This document shows positions 10,792-20,885 of a stretch of 64,000 nucleotides of DNA, in pieces (position 1 is the stretch's first letter; every line of letters begins with the position of its first letter). The notes under the pieces were generated by a model. It saw only the letters and a program-made list of their open reading frames with translations, ran no database searches and was not told the origin of the DNA. The position numbers were made by a program, and so were the translations under genes. Source of the DNA: Chloroflexota bacterium (lineage in GTDB: Bacteria > Chloroflexota > Limnocylindria > Limnocylindrales > CSP1-4); the NCBI GenBank assembly GCA_025935925.1, contig JAICUI010000002.1:17588-81587 (forward strand), given 5' to 3'.

Positions 10792-11154
10792 ATGGCGGAG
10801 ATCAAGCACGCGACCGACGACACGTTCGAGGCGCTGGTGCTCAACAACGACAAGCCGGTGGTCGTCGACTTCTGGGCCACCTGGTGTGGGCCCTGCAAGA
10901 TGGTGGCCCCCGAGATGGAGAAGCTCGCGGCCAAGTACGAGGGCGTGGTCGACGTGGTCAAGGTCGACGTCGACGCCAACCCGCGCCTGTCGCAGGCGTT
11001 CGGGATCATGAGCATCCCCACGATCGCGTGCTTCAAGCCGGGCCAGCAGCCCCAGGGCGTCGTCGGCTTCCGGCCGCTCGAGCAGCTCGAGCAGGCGTTC
11101 GGCCTGCAGGGGCTCGCCTCGGCCGCCCCGTCGCAGGCCCAGCAGGCCAGCTGA
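10792..11154 (+). CDS. trxA: thioredoxin
   Basis: WCGPC active site (FWATWCGPCKMVAP) in a 120-aa protein. An AAAGGAG ribosome-binding site lies upstream. Confidence 0.95.
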   Translation: MAEIKHATDDTFEALVLNNDKPVVVDFWATWCGPCKMVAPEMEKLAAKYEGVVDVVKVDVDANPRLSQAFGIMSIPTIACFKPGQQPQGVVGFRPLEQLEQAFGLQGLASAAPSQAQQAS

Positions 11155-11177
11155 CCTCCTCGTCCCTTCGCAACCTC

Positions 11178-11203
11178 ACGACCCCGGCCCCCGCCGGGGT
11201 CGT
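11178..11203 (+). terminator. hairpin terminator after trxA
   Basis: Perfect 11-bp stem ACGACCCCGGC / GCCGGGGTCGT with a CCCC loop, 24 nt after the trxA stop. The T-tail is weak, as is usual in high-GC genomes. Confidence 0.6.
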
Positions 11204-11221
11204 TCCGTGTCCGGCGCGCAC

Positions 11222-11324
11222 GATCGCGCGGCGGCATCGTCGGCCGCGACACGGCGCCTCGTGATCGCGCAGCGGCATCGTCGGCCGCGACACGGCGCCT
11301 CGTGATCGCGCGGCGGCATCGTCC
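11222..11324. repeat. 41-bp intergenic tandem repeat, 2.5 copies
   Basis: Unit GATCGCGCGGCGGCATCGTCGGCCGCGACACGGCGCCTCGT at 11222-11262. It repeats at 11263-11303 with one G-to-A change. A partial third copy lies at 11304-11324. Confidence 0.85.
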
Positions 11325-11432
11325 ACGGGCGGAAGGCCGCGAAGCGCCCCGCGTGCCGCGGGAACGATCGCGGCCAGCGATCGATCGGTGTCCTGGCGTG
11401 CCCGGTCCATGCGTTGGAGGTTCGGACGATGC

Positions 11433-11459
11433 CGCCAGGCGATCACGCGCCGCCTGGCG
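11433..11459 (-). terminator. candidate hairpin terminator after the 11466..11906 gene
   Basis: 9-bp stem CGCCAGGCG / CGCCTGGCG with a 9-nt loop, starting 7 nt beyond the stop of the minus-strand gene. Confidence 0.4.
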
Positions 11460-11465
11460 CGATCC

Positions 11466-11906
11466 TCACTCCCCGGCCACTCGCCGATAGGCCGAGCGCA
11501 CCCACGCCTCCGCGCGGTCGAGCGCGAACCGGTCGACGGCCTCCGGGGTGAAGGCGACCCAGCCGGCGCCCCGCAGCGAGGCGATCGTGTCGCCGGTCCG
11601 GAGCGCGGCGCGGGCGACGGCGGGGTCAAGCGCGACCTCGAGCACGTCCGGCATCAGGACCGCGAACGGAGTCCCGCCCACGAGGTACATGACCGACTCG
11701 CCGTCCCGTGTGCGCTCGACGTCGCCCAGCGTCTCCACGACCGCCTCGACCCGCTCGTCGAGCGACTCGTCCGTCGCCTCGAGCGCCTCGAGCGCCCCCG
11801 CCGCCTCCTCGGCCGGCGTCATCGGGGCGTCGTCATCGACCTCGTCGGCCTCGTCGGGATCGTCGCCATCGACCGCATGGAACTGGCCGTTCCCGGCGCC
11901 GGTCAT
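11466..11906 (-). CDS. hypothetical acidic protein
   Basis: ATG 11906 overlaps the stop of the upstream gene (ATGA at 11903-11906). The 146-aa protein has a very acidic N-terminal half and a more ordered C-terminal half (YLVGGTPFAVLMPDVLEVALDP ...). No family recognised. Confidence 0.55.
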   Translation of the reverse strand: MTGAGNGQFHAVDGDDPDEADEVDDDAPMTPAEEAAGALEALEATDESLDERVEAVVETLGDVERTRDGESVMYLVGGTPFAVLMPDVLEVALDPAVARAALRTGDTIASLRGAGWVAFTPEAVDRFALDRAEAWVRSAYRRVAGE

Positions 11907-12400
11907 TCCCGCGCCTGCCCCTCCGCCGCCGCGAGGATCGCCCGCAGGTCGCCCTCGTGCTGCTCGTAGTGCTCGAGCGTCTCGCTGAAGAAGTAGTTCT
12001 GGTGGTCGGCGTGCTTGATCCAGCGTGCCTCGGGGACGACCGTCAGGTACCCGCGCAGCTCGCCTGCGACCTCCCGGAACCGGGCGCGGAGCTCGTCGAT
12101 CGGCATGGCGCGATAGCGCTCCAGCGCCTCGGCGTTCATGCGATCGCCCGCGCCGGGCTCGTCCCATTCCCGGTCGAGCCGTTCCTTCGTCGCGCTCGTC
12201 TCCCCCACCGCGAGCTCCTTCGCGGTCGCGAGCGCCGCCTCCAGCCACACCAGGATGTGACCCATGAGGTCGCGGCCGGACCACCCGTGGGCCGCGTCGA
12301 CCGGGACGTCGAGCTGGGCGTCCGAGAGGCCATCGAGCGCCTCGTAGGCGCGGAACTGGTCACGCTCGTCCTCGAGGAACGAGAGGGCATCGAGATACAT
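11903..12400 (-). CDS. DinB/ClbS-like four-helix-bundle protein
   Basis: 165 aa with a pattern of spaced His residues (GHILVWLEAAL ... ETLEHYEQHEGDL). Its size is typical of DinB-superfamily or DUF1706-like proteins. The assignment is by resemblance only. Confidence 0.6.
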   Translation of the reverse strand: MYLDALSFLEDERDQFRAYEALDGLSDAQLDVPVDAAHGWSGRDLMGHILVWLEAALATAKELAVGETSATKERLDREWDEPGAGDRMNAEALERYRAMPIDELRARFREVAGELRGYLTVVPEARWIKHADHQNYFFSETLEHYEQHEGDLRAILAAAEGQARE

Positions 12401-12433
12401 GGCCGCATCCTAGCGACTGCTAGAGTCGGCCGG

Positions 12434-13138
12434 GTGAGCGACGACCTGCCGATCCGCCTGCCCCACGTCGATCCCGCGACCGTCCGCGTGCCGCCCGGGT
12501 CGCTGACGCCCGAGCTGCTCGCGGGGCTGCTCGCCGACGGCGACGACCAGCTCGCGGTGTGGGCGCTCCGCCACGCGCTCGACGAGCAGCCGCGCGCGGC
12601 CGTGTACGACGGGCTCGTCGCCGGCGCGATGCGCCTCGTCGGCGAGCACTGGGGCTCGGGCCGCTGGTCGGTCGCCGAGGAGCACCTCGCCTCGCGCACG
12701 TTGCTCCGGGCGCTCGAGCAGGTGCGGCCGGACACCGGCACGCAGGCGCGGATCGGCCCGCTGGCCGTGCTCGCCGGGGTGCGCGACGAGCACCACGTGA
12801 TCGGCCTCGTCTGCCTCGAGCACGTGCTCGCCGACGCCGGCTGGGCGGTCGCCAACATGGGCGCGAACCTGCCCGCGGCGGACCTCGGCACCTTCGTCGG
12901 TCGCAACGACGTGGCGCTGGTCGCCCTCAGCGCGATGGACGAGCACCGGATCGATGCCATCCGCGAGGCGGTCGACGCGGTCCACGCGGCTGCGGGCGAT
13001 CGCCGGATCCCCGTGCTCGTCGGCGGGCAGGTCACGCGGTCGCCGAGGCTCGCCGAGGTCGGCGCGGACGCCGTGGCGCACAGCCTGCGTGAGGCGGTCG
13101 AGCTTGCCGCCGCCGCGCGCGAGGACGAGGACCGCTAG
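12434..13138 (+). CDS. stand-alone cobalamin-binding domain protein (CarH C-terminal-like)
   Basis: GTG 12434 start. A helical N-terminal bundle (WSVAEEHLASRTLLRAL) is followed by a Rossmann-like domain with an ExHxxG-type B12 motif (VRDEHHVIGLV). No DNA-binding domain is visible. Confidence 0.7.
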   Translation: MSDDLPIRLPHVDPATVRVPPGSLTPELLAGLLADGDDQLAVWALRHALDEQPRAAVYDGLVAGAMRLVGEHWGSGRWSVAEEHLASRTLLRALEQVRPDTGTQARIGPLAVLAGVRDEHHVIGLVCLEHVLADAGWAVANMGANLPAADLGTFVGRNDVALVALSAMDEHRIDAIREAVDAVHAAAGDRRIPVLVGGQVTRSPRLAEVGADAVAHSLREAVELAAAAREDEDR

Positions 13139-13146
13139 GCCGCCCG

Positions 13147-14940
<1,794 letters not shown>

Positions 14941-14971
14941 GGCCGGGACTCTAGCACCGCCCCCTTGCCGG

Positions 14972-15565
14972 TCACGCCCCGCCGAACGCCTGCAGCGCCT
15001 CCAGCACCTTGGCGTCGCCGAGGTCCGAGGCGAGCAGCGCCATCGCCCGGCCCGGTGCGCCGCCGGGCCACGTGACGATCGTCGAGCCGCTGCCGTCGCT
15101 GCGCAGCACGTCGAGCCGTCGCGCGGGCTGGCCGCCGACGGTCGTGTCGCTCGTCGCGAGCTTGTCGGTGCGGTTGGCGTCGGCGGCGCCGCGCGCGTAG
15201 AAGTCGAGGAGCTTGCCCGCATCCAGGCCGTCGCCCTGGAACACGGCCACGGTCAGGGCGGTCGCCCCGCCGAGCGGCCACGTCGCGCCGGCGAACTCGA
15301 CGCCGTCGACCCCGTCCGCGGCCAGCGTCCCGAGCGCCGCGGGGGTGCAGTTGCGCCCGGAGTCGACCGTCGTGGGCGCCTGGCCCTCGTAGGACCGGGG
15401 CAGCAGCGCCTCGAGCTCGGGGTAGGCCCCCGGCATGCGGCCATCGGTGGTGCACGCCGACGCCGGGTCGAAGCTCGTCATCGGCGTTGCCGTCGCGCAC
15501 GCGGCCACCGCGAGGGCAAGGACCATCGGCAGGACGCGCGACATGCGCGTGTAACGAGGGGACAT
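14972..15565 (-). CDS. putative lipoprotein
   Basis: Signal peptide with lipobox [16 protein letters not shown]. Start is ATG 15565 or ATG 15544. The mature part has no recognised motif. Confidence 0.6.
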   Translation of the reverse strand: MSPRYTRMSRVLPMVLALAVAACATATPMTSFDPASACTTDGRMPGAYPELEALLPRSYEGQAPTTVDSGRNCTPAALGTLAADGVDGVEFAGATWPLGGATALTVAVFQGDGLDAGKLLDFYARGAADANRTDKLATSDTTVGGQPARRLDVLRSDGSGSTIVTWPGGAPGRAMALLASDLGDAKVLEALQAFGGA

Positions 15566-15982
15566 CGACGCCGAGGGTACCGTCGGCCCCGAATCCGGGC
15601 CGAATCGTGCGCGATGCCGCCACGATCGGCCGGAATGGGGACGATTCCCGAGGGGGCTCGATGGTCGCGGCCGCGCCGTGTCCGATGGTCCCGGCGGTGC
15701 GGGGGCGCGCCTGACCTTCGCTCGCGCCGGTTCGGGACGCGCGGGCCATTCCCGCCGGGCGCACCCGCTCGTACGGTCAGGGTGCGTTCGATACGCGCCG
15801 ACCCGCGACGAACCGGGACCAACCTGGGGCGTCGGCCACGGGCAGGAAGACCGGACGACCCGACCGCCGGGGACGCTCGACGGCACGGGGGTACCGCGTC
15901 TCCCGTCACGAGCCGAATAACTGGGCAACGGCCTCGGGCCCGGAAGCCGACGGGCGGCTGCACTCATAGATCGCGCCCCGGC

Positions 15983-16011
15983 GCACCCCCGGACCGTATC
16001 GCCGGGGGTGC
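15983..16011 (-). terminator. hairpin terminator after the J-domain gene
   Basis: Perfect 10-bp stem GCACCCCCGG / CCGGGGGTGC with a 9-nt loop, 31 nt beyond the stop at 16042. Confidence 0.55.
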
Positions 16012-16041
16012 TTCCATTTGCCGGCGAGTCGCCGGACGCCG

Positions 16042-16755
16042 TCAGCGGAACGGGTTCGAGTGCCAGCCCGGCCGCGCCGGCCGATGGACGCGGCGGATCC
16101 CCCGCCGGTCGAGCTCCCCGACGATGACGCGGGCCGCCAGCGCGATCTCCGGGTCGCGCGTCTGCGTCCCCGCCAGCCAGTCGATGTACGACGGCTCGAA
16201 CGCCGCAATCTGGCCCAGCGTGTGCCCGTGGAACTTGCCGAAGTCCACCTCGACCTCGAGCGCATCGTCCAGGTCCGGCGCGTCGCGCGGGACGTGCCCG
16301 TTGAGCCGGTCGAGCTCGAGGGGCCCGGACGGCTGCGAGGCCCGGAGCTCAGGCGTGACCCGGTCGTGGCGGAGCGGCGGGTGACCGCGCAACGGCTGCG
16401 CCGTCCCCGGCGGCGTCGTCGTCTGGTTGCGGCCCTTGACGGTCGCGCTCGTGTCGACGCGGCCCGTGACCGGCCGCGACGGGCGGTCCGGGGGCGGCCC
16501 GTCCGGGCGCTTCGTGCGCGGCCGGGCCGGTCCGGCGGGGTTGCGCGCGCGACGGGCCTTGGGGTCGCGGGTCAGCACCGCATACGCCGCGTTGATCTCG
16601 GCCATGCGCCGCGTCGCGCGCTGCGCGATCTCCGGGTCGTCGCCGGTCAGGTCCGGGTGATGCCGGCGCGCGAGCGCCCGCCAGGCGGCCTTGATCTCGT
16701 CGGGCGTGGCATCGGGGTCGACGCCCAGCACGACATGCGGGTCCTTGGACGGCAC
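16042..16755 (-). CDS. J-domain protein with DUF3820-like C-terminal domain
   Basis: J-domain DPHVVLGVDPDATPDEIKAAWRALARRHHPDL with an HPD motif. A Pro/Arg-rich linker follows. The C-terminal FGKFHGHTLGQIAAFEPSYIDWL resembles the DUF3820 motif. GTG 16755 was chosen as the start; ATG 16830 is possible. Confidence 0.7.
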   Translation of the reverse strand: MPSKDPHVVLGVDPDATPDEIKAAWRALARRHHPDLTGDDPEIAQRATRRMAEINAAYAVLTRDPKARRARNPAGPARPRTKRPDGPPPDRPSRPVTGRVDTSATVKGRNQTTTPPGTAQPLRGHPPLRHDRVTPELRASQPSGPLELDRLNGHVPRDAPDLDDALEVEVDFGKFHGHTLGQIAAFEPSYIDWLAGTQTRDPEIALAARVIVGELDRRGIRRVHRPARPGWHSNPFR

Positions 16756-16807
16756 CGCGGGAGTGTATCGCCGGGGCCCCGCTTGACAGCCCCCTGCCGT
16801 TCGTCCT

Positions 16808-17869
16808 GTGATGGGTCCGATGACGAGCACCCGACCCCTCCGCCGCGCCGCGATCGCGACCGCCGTGGCCGCCGCGCCGGTGGCCCTCGCGTATCGCTTC
16901 GCCGTCGTGTACCGGGAGCGTGCCGGCTATCCGCACCGCCATCCACCCGCGTCGACGCCCGACGCCGTCGGCCTCGCCTACGAGGACGTCGAGGTGCCGA
17001 CGGCCGACGGCCTCCGGCTCCCCGGCTGGTTCATGCCGGCGGGCGACGGGCCCGCGCCCGGGGTGGTCCTCGTGCACGGCTGGGAGTCGGCGCGCGACCG
17101 CACGCTGCCCACGGCGCAGGTCCTCCACGCCATCGGTTACCACGTGCTGACGCTCGACGTCCGGGGACACGGCGCGAATGCCCCCGAGGCGCTCCCGATG
17201 TCGGTCGGCGAGTACGCGGCGGACGCCCGAGCGGGCGTCACGTGGCTGCGCTCGCGTCCGGAGGTGACGGCCGTCGCGATCGTCGGGCACTCGATGGGCG
17301 CCGCGGGCAGCCTCGTCGCCGCGGCCGGGAATCCGGATGTCGACGCCGTCGTCGCGATGTCGACGCCCGCCAACCCGCTGCGCCTGACCCGCCTGACGTT
17401 CCAGCTCGCGCACCTGCCGATCCCCGCCCCGATCGCATGGCCGCTCGCGTGGCTGACGACCCGCGTGTACCTGCGGCCGCGCGGCCACACCGTCGACGCG
17501 GTGAGCGCGACCCGGGGCGCACAGGCCACGGCCGCGCCCGTGCTGCTCGTCCACGGCACGGACGACGCGGTCGTGCCGGTCGACCACCTCGAACGGCTCG
17601 CCCGGGCGCGCCGCGCGGTGCGACCCGAGTCGGTGACCGAGACGCTCGTCGTCGACGGCGGCGAGCACTCGTGGCTGTACGAGCTCCCGGCGTTCCGTTC
17701 CGCCGTCGCGCGATTCCTCGCGACCCACCTCGGTGGTCCGCTCGACGCCGACGAGGCCGCCCGGGTCGCGGCGGCCGTTCCCGCCGTCCGCCTGCCGGAT
17801 CCCGAGCGCCTCACGACCCTCGACAACGAGCCGGGCGGCGTCCGCGCGCTTGCCCACCTCGTCCGATGA
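16808..17869 (+). CDS. alpha/beta hydrolase (serine hydrolase)
   Basis: N-terminal TM segment, oxyanion region VVLVHGWES, and intact nucleophile elbow IVGHSMGA. VLLVHGTDDAVVP lies near the acid/His region. Confidence 0.8.
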   Translation: MMGPMTSTRPLRRAAIATAVAAAPVALAYRFAVVYRERAGYPHRHPPASTPDAVGLAYEDVEVPTADGLRLPGWFMPAGDGPAPGVVLVHGWESARDRTLPTAQVLHAIGYHVLTLDVRGHGANAPEALPMSVGEYAADARAGVTWLRSRPEVTAVAIVGHSMGAAGSLVAAAGNPDVDAVVAMSTPANPLRLTRLTFQLAHLPIPAPIAWPLAWLTTRVYLRPRGHTVDAVSATRGAQATAAPVLLVHGTDDAVVPVDHLERLARARRAVRPESVTETLVVDGGEHSWLYELPAFRSAVARFLATHLGGPLDADEAARVAAAVPAVRLPDPERLTTLDNEPGGVRALAHLVR

Positions 17870-18423
17870 GCGGGCAACGAGCGATGAGCGCCTGGGACGC
17901 CGTGCGCTCGAAGCGGGCGGTGCGCGAGTTCACGGACCAGCCCATCGCCGATGCGGATCTCGACCGCATCGTCCGAGCCGGTACCCGGGCGCACAGCTCG
18001 AAGAACGAGCAGCGCTGGGCGTTCATCGTCGTGCGCGACCGCGACCGGCTGCGGGCGCTGTCCGAGACGGGCCGCTACGCGGGGCACCTCGCGGGCGCCG
18101 CCGCGGCCGTCGCGCTCGTGACGCCCGACCCGCGCGGCCCCGGCCAGCCGCTGAGCGTCGTCTGGGATTCGGGCAACGCGGCCGCGCAGATGATGCTCGT
18201 GGCCTGGGAGCTCGGCATCGGCAGCTGCCCCGCGACCGTGTACGAGCACGACCGCGCGCAGGCGATCCTCGGCTATCCGGACGGGATGCGCTGCGAGTAC
18301 ATCCTGTCCTTCGGCTACCCGAAGGACCCGGCGAAGCTCACGGCGCCGCTCAAGTCCGGCGGCCGCCGGCCGATCCACGAGGTCCGCTTCGACGAGCGCT
18401 GGGGCGAGCACGCGGGCGACTGA
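17866..18423 (+). CDS. nitroreductase-family protein
   Basis: Typical N-terminus AVRSKRAVREFTDQPIADADLDRIVRAGTRAHSSKNEQRWAFIVV. ATG 17866 overlaps the preceding stop (ATGA); ATG 17884 is an alternative. Confidence 0.8.
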   Translation: MSGQRAMSAWDAVRSKRAVREFTDQPIADADLDRIVRAGTRAHSSKNEQRWAFIVVRDRDRLRALSETGRYAGHLAGAAAAVALVTPDPRGPGQPLSVVWDSGNAAAQMMLVAWELGIGSCPATVYEHDRAQAILGYPDGMRCEYILSFGYPKDPAKLTAPLKSGGRRPIHEVRFDERWGEHAGD

Positions 18424-18440
18424 CGCACCGCGCGGCGCCG

Positions 18441-19721
18441 TCAGCTGATCGGCCCCTCCAGCAGGCCCGGATCGTCCGCCTCGACGTCGAGGCCCTCGAA
18501 CGCCGCGTCGCCCGCCGCCGTCCGCGGCTGCTCGGGTGCAGGCGCGCCCTCCGCGACGTACGACTGGATCGCGGCATCGAGGCCCACGTCGCGACCCGCT
18601 CGCTCGGACAGCAGCCACTTGTGCTCGAGCACGTCGCAGTACGCCTGGACGAGGTCGCGATCCGGCGCGACGAAGGCCGAGATCCGCGCCAGCGTCGGCC
18701 GGTAGACCTCGCGCAGCCAGCGGTCGGCCGCCTGCTCGGCGTCGACCGGGCGCCGCTCGTACCACTCGAGCCACGCGTGGTATTCCGCGAGGTCGTTCAG
18801 CAGGATCCGTGCCTGGCCCTCGAGCGTCCGGAGCCGGGTGCGGCGCTCGAGCTCGTTGGCGTGGTAGCGGCGCGTCGTGACCGACGTCCGCAGCCGGACG
18901 GTCCCCGCAGCGCCCATTGGGCCGACCTCCAGATCCACCGAGAACCCGAGGTCGTTGAGCCGCCGCAGCCGGGCCCGAATGGCGCGCCGGTCGCCGGGAA
19001 CCACGTCGGGCTGATCGTTGAGCTCGCGCCACACCGCCTCGTAGCGCCCTCGGACCGACTCCGCGGCATCGATCGCGCCGTCGACGTCCTCCGGCCGGTC
19101 CTGGTAGGCCGCGAGGTCCGCGAGGCCGAAGGCCACGTTCTCGACCAGGATGTCGAGGTCGAACCGGCGCTGCCCATCGGACAGGCGGTCGTGCACCTCG
19201 CTCGTCTCGGCGTCCACGAGGTACGCCTGGATCCGGTCACCATCGCGCCGGAACAGCGTGTTCGCGAGCGAGCAGTCTCCCCAGTAGACGCCGCCCCGGT
19301 GGAGGTCGACGAGCAGCAGCGCCATCGCGTCCAGGAGCCGGTCGCGGTAGCCGGGCGTGACGACGCGGAGCCGCATCAGGAGTCGCCGGTACTGCATCGA
19401 GTGGCGCAGGTACTCGGTGAGCAGGATCGCGTCGCCGCGCTGGGGCCGTTGCGCGAGCCCCACCGCCCGGACCCCCGGGAGCGAAGCGTCCTCGAGGTGG
19501 CGCAGCACCTCGTACTCGCGAAGCGCCACCGGTGCCGGCAGCTCCTTGAGGGCGTACACGATCCCGTCGGCGGCCATGAACCGGACGAGGTGCCGTGACG
19601 GGCCGACGGGCAGCTCCCGGAACCGCGTCCCGTCGCCGCTCCACTCGGCGAGTGGCTGCTCCCAGGGCAGGTCGAGCAGCGACGCGACCTCGTCGCGCAG
19701 CCGGAGGCGCGGGAACGTCAT
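18441..19721 (-). CDS. kinase-fold (lipopolysaccharide-kinase-like) plus DUF4032-like protein
   Basis: Start at ATG 19721 (MTFPRLRL). The N-terminal half has a kinase-like pattern (VYALKELP ... LLTEY ... LHRGGVYWGDCSLANTLF ... YLVDAETSE). The C-terminal half matches my memory of DUF4032. Upstream ORF sequence is shadow. Confidence 0.65.
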   Translation of the reverse strand: MTFPRLRLRDEVASLLDLPWEQPLAEWSGDGTRFRELPVGPSRHLVRFMAADGIVYALKELPAPVALREYEVLRHLEDASLPGVRAVGLAQRPQRGDAILLTEYLRHSMQYRRLLMRLRVVTPGYRDRLLDAMALLLVDLHRGGVYWGDCSLANTLFRRDGDRIQAYLVDAETSEVHDRLSDGQRRFDLDILVENVAFGLADLAAYQDRPEDVDGAIDAAESVRGRYEAVWRELNDQPDVVPGDRRAIRARLRRLNDLGFSVDLEVGPMGAAGTVRLRTSVTTRRYHANELERRTRLRTLEGQARILLNDLAEYHAWLEWYERRPVDAEQAADRWLREVYRPTLARISAFVAPDRDLVQAYCDVLEHKWLLSERAGRDVGLDAAIQSYVAEGAPAPEQPRTAAGDAAFEGLDVEADDPGLLEGPIS

Positions 19722-19755
19722 CGGTCCGGCCCGCGCCGCGCGCCGGGCGCCGGCC

Positions 19756-20196
19756 TCAGGGCCGCTTGCGCAGGTACGCGGCGACGCCCGCGTCGTAGCC
19801 GAGCGACTCGAACAGCTGCCGGGCCTCGGGTCGGTGGTGACCGGCCGTGACCTCGAGGAAGGCGGCGCCTTCGTCGCGCGCCACGGCCTCCGCATCCGCC
19901 ATCAGCCGCTTGCCGATCCCCCGCTCGCGGACCCCCGGGTCCACCACGAGGGCGACGATCCGCGCGAACCGGTCGTCGGTCTCGAACCTCGGGATGAGGT
20001 GGAACGCGATGAACCCGATGACCTCGCCCGACGCCTCGGCGACGCGGACGTGCGAGTCGGGCGTCGAGAACCGCTGGATCCGGGCGCCGAGGTCGGACTC
20101 CCCCGCCGGGTAGCCCTCGTCGGTCAGGAGCGCCGCGAGGCGGCCGGCATCGGCCGCCGTCGCGGCCCGGATCGTGACGGTGGCGGCGTCGCTCAT
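19756..20196 (-). CDS. GNAT-family N-acetyltransferase
   Basis: Acetyl-CoA motif RIVALVVDPGVRERGIGKRLM in a 146-aa protein. ATG 20196 overlaps the upstream stop (ATGA). Confidence 0.85.
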   Translation of the reverse strand: MSDAATVTIRAATAADAGRLAALLTDEGYPAGESDLGARIQRFSTPDSHVRVAEASGEVIGFIAFHLIPRFETDDRFARIVALVVDPGVRERGIGKRLMADAEAVARDEGAAFLEVTAGHHRPEARQLFESLGYDAGVAAYLRKRP

Positions 20197-20885
20197 GCCG
20201 GGATGGTACCGGGCGCCGCCGGCCCATCGGACGGGTCGCGGCCCTCGGTGATCACGAGGTGCGGGCCCGTCGTGGCGCCGGGCAGGAGGACCTGGCGTCC
20301 GAATGGCCCGTCCGCGATGCCGCTCCGATCGCCGGCCGCCCGCGCCATCCAGCCGTCGAGGCCATGCGCGCGCCGCAGGTACAGCGCAACCGGGCCCTCG
20401 CCATCGCGCGCCAGTGCCGCCGCCGTCCGGCCCTCGGTCGACGGTTCCAGCAGCGCCGTCCACGCGCCCGGGAGCCCGCCACCCGAGCGGAGCACGACGC
20501 GAGCCCCGAGCTGCGGGTCCGTTCGAACCCTCGGCCCGGGCGCCGGCGATCCCAGCCACGGCCCGAGCTCGTCCTCGGCGCGCTCGAGCTCCACGGTCGC
20601 CCAGCCGACCGCGTGCAGCACGAAGGGATCGCCGGGGAGCGGCTCGGGCGCCTCCTCGCCGTTGGGCACGGGCTCGAGCATCAGCCGGCCGTCGCGCCGC
20701 GGCGCGTCCGCGGGACCTTCACTGACCCACGGCCGCACCTCGAGGTCCGCGTTGCCGAGCCGGAGCAGGAACGCGCCGGCCGCGAGGCCTCCCTGGCGCG
20801 GCTCGATGCCCAGCCGGTCACCGAGCTCGCCCGCGAGCGCCCCGGCATCCGCGGCCTGCCAGGTGAGGCGCGCCCAGAGCGTCAC
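20193..20885 (-). CDS. hypothetical protein
   Basis: Complete 230-aa ORF, translationally coupled at both ends (ATGA overlaps at 20193-20196 and 20882-20885). The composition is protein-like and no motif is recognised. Confidence 0.55.
   Translation of the reverse strand: MTLWARLTWQAADAGALAGELGDRLGIEPRQGGLAAGAFLLRLGNADLEVRPWVSEGPADAPRRDGRLMLEPVPNGEEAPEPLPGDPFVLHAVGWATVELERAEDELGPWLGSPAPGPRVRTDPQLGARVVLRSGGGLPGAWTALLEPSTEGRTAAALARDGEGPVALYLRRAHGLDGWMARAAGDRSGIADGPFGRQVLLPGATTGPHLVITEGRDPSDGPAAPGTIPA

Noticed and set aside
11222-11324. 41-bp direct repeats considered as a mini CRISPR array or MITE.
   Set aside because: The copies are directly adjacent with no spacers. There are only 2.5 units, no terminal inverted repeats and no cas genes in the window. 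A simple tandem duplication or VNTR fits better.
15925-15960. GGGCCCGGAAGCC segment considered as the GGAA tetraloop helix of SRP (4.5S) RNA.
   Set aside because: The flanking bases do not pair around the GGAA loop. The conserved symmetric-loop nucleotides are also absent on both strands.
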